In this document: piece after piece, positions 61,080 through 64,000 of the stretch
Layout: each line of letters starts with the position of its first letter
How positions within the stretch are numbered: the stretch's first letter is position 1
From: Hemiscyllium ocellatum
Lineage: Eukaryota
Assembly (NCBI RefSeq): GCF_020745735.1
Contig: NW_026867487.1
Span: 2,542,001 to 2,606,000 of the forward strand
Direction of reading: 5' to 3'
DNA length: 64,000 bases
Program-made: the position numbers and the translations under genes
Notes under the pieces: generated by a model
Databases searched by the model: none
What the model was told of the DNA's origin: nothing
What the model saw: only the letters and a program-made list of their open reading frames with translations

Positions 61080-61929
61080 CAGATTACCAGACAGTGATGA
61101 AGAGGAATGTCTTCCCTCAGAGAGGAGTGAATCAGGGGTTATTCTTTATCACAGAGCTGTTTTTGGGACTGTGCCGTTCAGTATATTGAAGGCTGAGATA
61201 TTCAGATTGTTTAACCATGAAGGGGGATTGAGGGTTATGGGGAAGAGGCAGGAAAATAGAGTTCAGGGTTATCAGATCAGCTGTGATCACATTGAATGGC
61301 ACAGCAGGCTTGGTGGGCCGAATGGCCTGATTGTGCTCCTATGTCCTCCTCAGCAGCTCTCCCCTGACCTGGAAACATTGGCTGTATTTGCTGCAGAGGA
61401 TACAAGCTTCCAGTCAATCCTTCCTCAATGCAGGAATGGTGCCAAGGACTGCAGAAAGACAAGGGACACATCAACATGCGAGGTAAATCCATGACCAGAG
61501 ATCTGATGAGTTCTTTTGCTTTGGGTTTATAAAACTGACCGAGTCCAGGTAATTTACAAAATTCAATTTATTGCCTGAACTTCAGAGTGAGTGTGACTGA
61601 CAGTCACACTGCGGCTAGCTGAATGTAGTCAGTCATGCTGATCAAACTGCTGCCTCTTTCTGCCATTTGGTCCTTTTATGTCCACCTGAAAGACTTTGCA
61701 CTTGGTGTTCATCTTTCCAGTTTAAACCCTTCAGTGACCCTCAGTGAGACTAGTGCGAGGAAGTCAAACACAAACTGTCTGTCTGGTTGTAGCTCCCGCT
61801 AGTTGCTGTCTGATTTCAAGTCCTGCTGAAAGGGTTGTGCTGACTAGTCAACACCCTCTCCCCACCCACTGCCCCGACCAACACCCCATCCCTGTCACAA
61901 TTTTCAATCCTGTCATATATTGTCTTATG

Positions 61930-62370
61930 AGAATAGGGGACCACAACTGCTTACAATATAAGTGCTGTAACATGCTTGATTGGCACCACATCAACAAACA
62001 CCCACTCCCTCCACCAATGAGACTCAGAAATAGCATTGTTCACCATCTACAAGATGCACTTCAGAAATTCACCGAAGATTCTCTGACAGCACCATCCAAA
62101 CCCACAACCACTTCCATCCAGAAGGACAAGAGGCAGCAGATACATGGGAGCACCAGCCCCTACAGGTTCCCCTCCAAGCCAATCACCATCCTGACTTGGA
62201 AATATATCACCGTTCCTTCAGTGTGGCTGGGTCAGAATCCGGGAATTCCCTCCCTAAGGGACATTGTGGGTCAACCTACAGCATGTGGACTGCAGCAGTT
62301 CAAGAAGACAGCTCACCACCATCTTCTCAAGGGGACAACTAGGGATGGGTAATAAATGGTGCCCATGCTA
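61930..62370 (+). mobile_element. CR1/L2-group LINE (second family) 3' end
   Basis: Tail ggactgcagcagttcaagaagacagctcaccaccatcttctcaagggg.caactagggatgggtaataaatg. Confidence 0.75.
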
Positions 62371-62829
62371 CATGAGTGAGTAAGAAAGGTCGCAATCACA
62401 GATTACAAGTCAGACAAATCAGTTTTGCTGTCAGTTGTTTAATGTGACTCACTGTCTCATAACCAGGTTGAATGCCTTCTGGTCTCCATGGAGTGTCCAT
62501 ACCACTACAGCAGGCTTCCTTGCAAGGTCTGATGGATCTTTTAGGATCAGGTTTTGACTGATCGGACCAGTTTACCAAATCTGATTATAGCTGCATTGTT
62601 ACAAATGTCTTTATCAAGCTGTATTTTGGATCAATGCCCAGACTTTGACTCAGGACTTTATAACTTTCCAGCTGGGACCAGGAGCTCAGAAAGTTGTATT
62701 GCCTGCCCAATTCCAGGGTGAAGGGCATTTCCTGGTTAGCAGAGACAAACCTGAATAAAGTGAGATGGATGTTTCTCTACATGGACTGATGTTATCAAGG
62801 GAGAGGAAATGGAACCAAGCAGTGGAAAT

Positions 62830-64000
62830 CAGGATGTAACTCAGCCATGATCGAATTAGGGAACTACAGACTACTGAGCCTGAAATTGATGGTGGGCAAG
62901 TTGTTGGAGGGAATCCTGAGGGACAGGATGGACATGTATTTGGAAAGCCAAGGACTGTTTAGGGATAGTCAACATGGCTTCGTGCATGGGAAATCATGTC
63001 TCACAAACTTGATTGAGGTTTTTGAAGAAGTAACAAGGAGAATTGATGAGGGCAGAGTGGTAGATGTGAACTATATGGACTTCAGTAAGGCATTCAACAA
63101 GGTTCCCCAATGGAGATTAGTTAGCAAGGTTAGATCTCATGGAATACAAGGAGAACTCGCCAGTTGGATACAGAACTGGCTCAAATATAGAAGACAGAGG
63201 GTGGTGGTGGTGGATTGCTTTTCAGACTGGAGGCCTGTGACCAGTGGAGTGTCACAGAGTGGGTGCTGGGTCCACTACTTTTCATCATTTATATAAATGA
63301 TGTGGATGTGAGCATAAGGGGTATAGTTAGTAAGTTTGCAGATGACACCAAAGTTGGAGGTGTAGTGAACAGCCAAGAAGGTTACCTCAGATTACAACAG
63401 GATCTGGACCAGATGGGCCAATGGGCTGAGAAGTGGCAGATGGAGTTTAATTTAGATAAATGTGAGGTGCTGCATTTTGAGAAAGCAAATATTAACAATA
63501 CTTTTTTACTTAATGGTAAGGTCTGAGGGAGTATTGCTGAATAAAGAGACTCTGGAGTGCAGGTTCATAGCTCCTTGAAAGTGGAGACAGAGGTAGATAG
63601 GATAGTGAAGAAGGCATTTGATATGTTTTCCTTTATTGGTCAGAGCACTGAGTACAGGAGTTGGAAGGTCATGTTGTGGCTGTACAAGGCATTGGTTAGG
63701 TCACTGTTGGATTAATGCGTGCAGTTCTGGTCTCCTTCATATTGAAAAGATGTTGTGAAACTTGAAAGGGTTCAGAAAAGATTTACAAGGACGTTACAAG
63801 GAGGATTTGAGGATAGGGAGAAGTTGAATATGTTAGGACTGTTTTCCCTGAAGCATTGGAGGCTGAGAGGTGACCTTATTGAGGTTTATAAAATCATGAG
63901 GGTTATGGATAGGATAAATAGACAAAGTCTATCTTCTGGGGTGTGGGAGTTGATGTCTGAGAGGGCATAGGTTTAAGGTGAGAGGGGAAATATATAAAAG
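62830..64000 (+). mobile_element. CR1/HER1 LINE RT to 3' region, running off the window edge
   Basis: SQHGFVHGKSCLTNL, YMDFSKAF, KFADDTK, KWQMEFNLDKCEV. Confidence 0.93.

Noticed and set aside
61744-62352. 202-aa ORF
   Set aside because: Most of it runs through a decayed LINE 3' end, and no domain is evident.
6400-64000. V, D or J segments or recombination signal sequences of a neighbouring Ig cluster
   Set aside because: Scattered CACAGTG heptamers occur, but I saw none with a properly spaced nonamer or adjacent V/J coding sequence. This was a manual scan only.
1-64000. CRISPR arrays, rRNA or intact tRNA genes
   Set aside because: None seen. The tRNA-like A/B boxes all belong to SINE heads.

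Overview
Cartilaginous-fish (shark) genomic DNA. The HE1-type SINEs and CR1/HER1 LINEs suggest an orectolobiform such as a bamboo shark, but this is an inference. Bases 1-6.4 kb hold the 3' end of an immunoglobulin heavy-chain gene on the + strand, most likely IgW (IgNAR is not excluded). It comprises the end of one CH exon, two full CH exons, a secretory tailpiece, a TM1 exon and a candidate TM2 exon. The remaining ~58 kb is a retroelement-dense spacer in which I found no V/D/J segments. It contains a decayed snakehead-retrovirus-like endogenous retrovirus (gag-pro-pol plus the 5' part of env) fused directly to a Gypsy integrase/PPT/LTR. It also contains a head-to-head pair of Tx1 LINEs with a 5' inversion, many CR1, RTE and Penelope fragments (eight hammerhead-ribozyme-like remnants and one fold-back mini-insertion), SINEs, a U2 snRNA 5' fragment, and a CpG-island promoter with seven CCAAT boxes and a CHR-like motif. 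Repeat boundaries are approximate (tens of bp). Family assignments come from motif recognition by eye, not from database searches.
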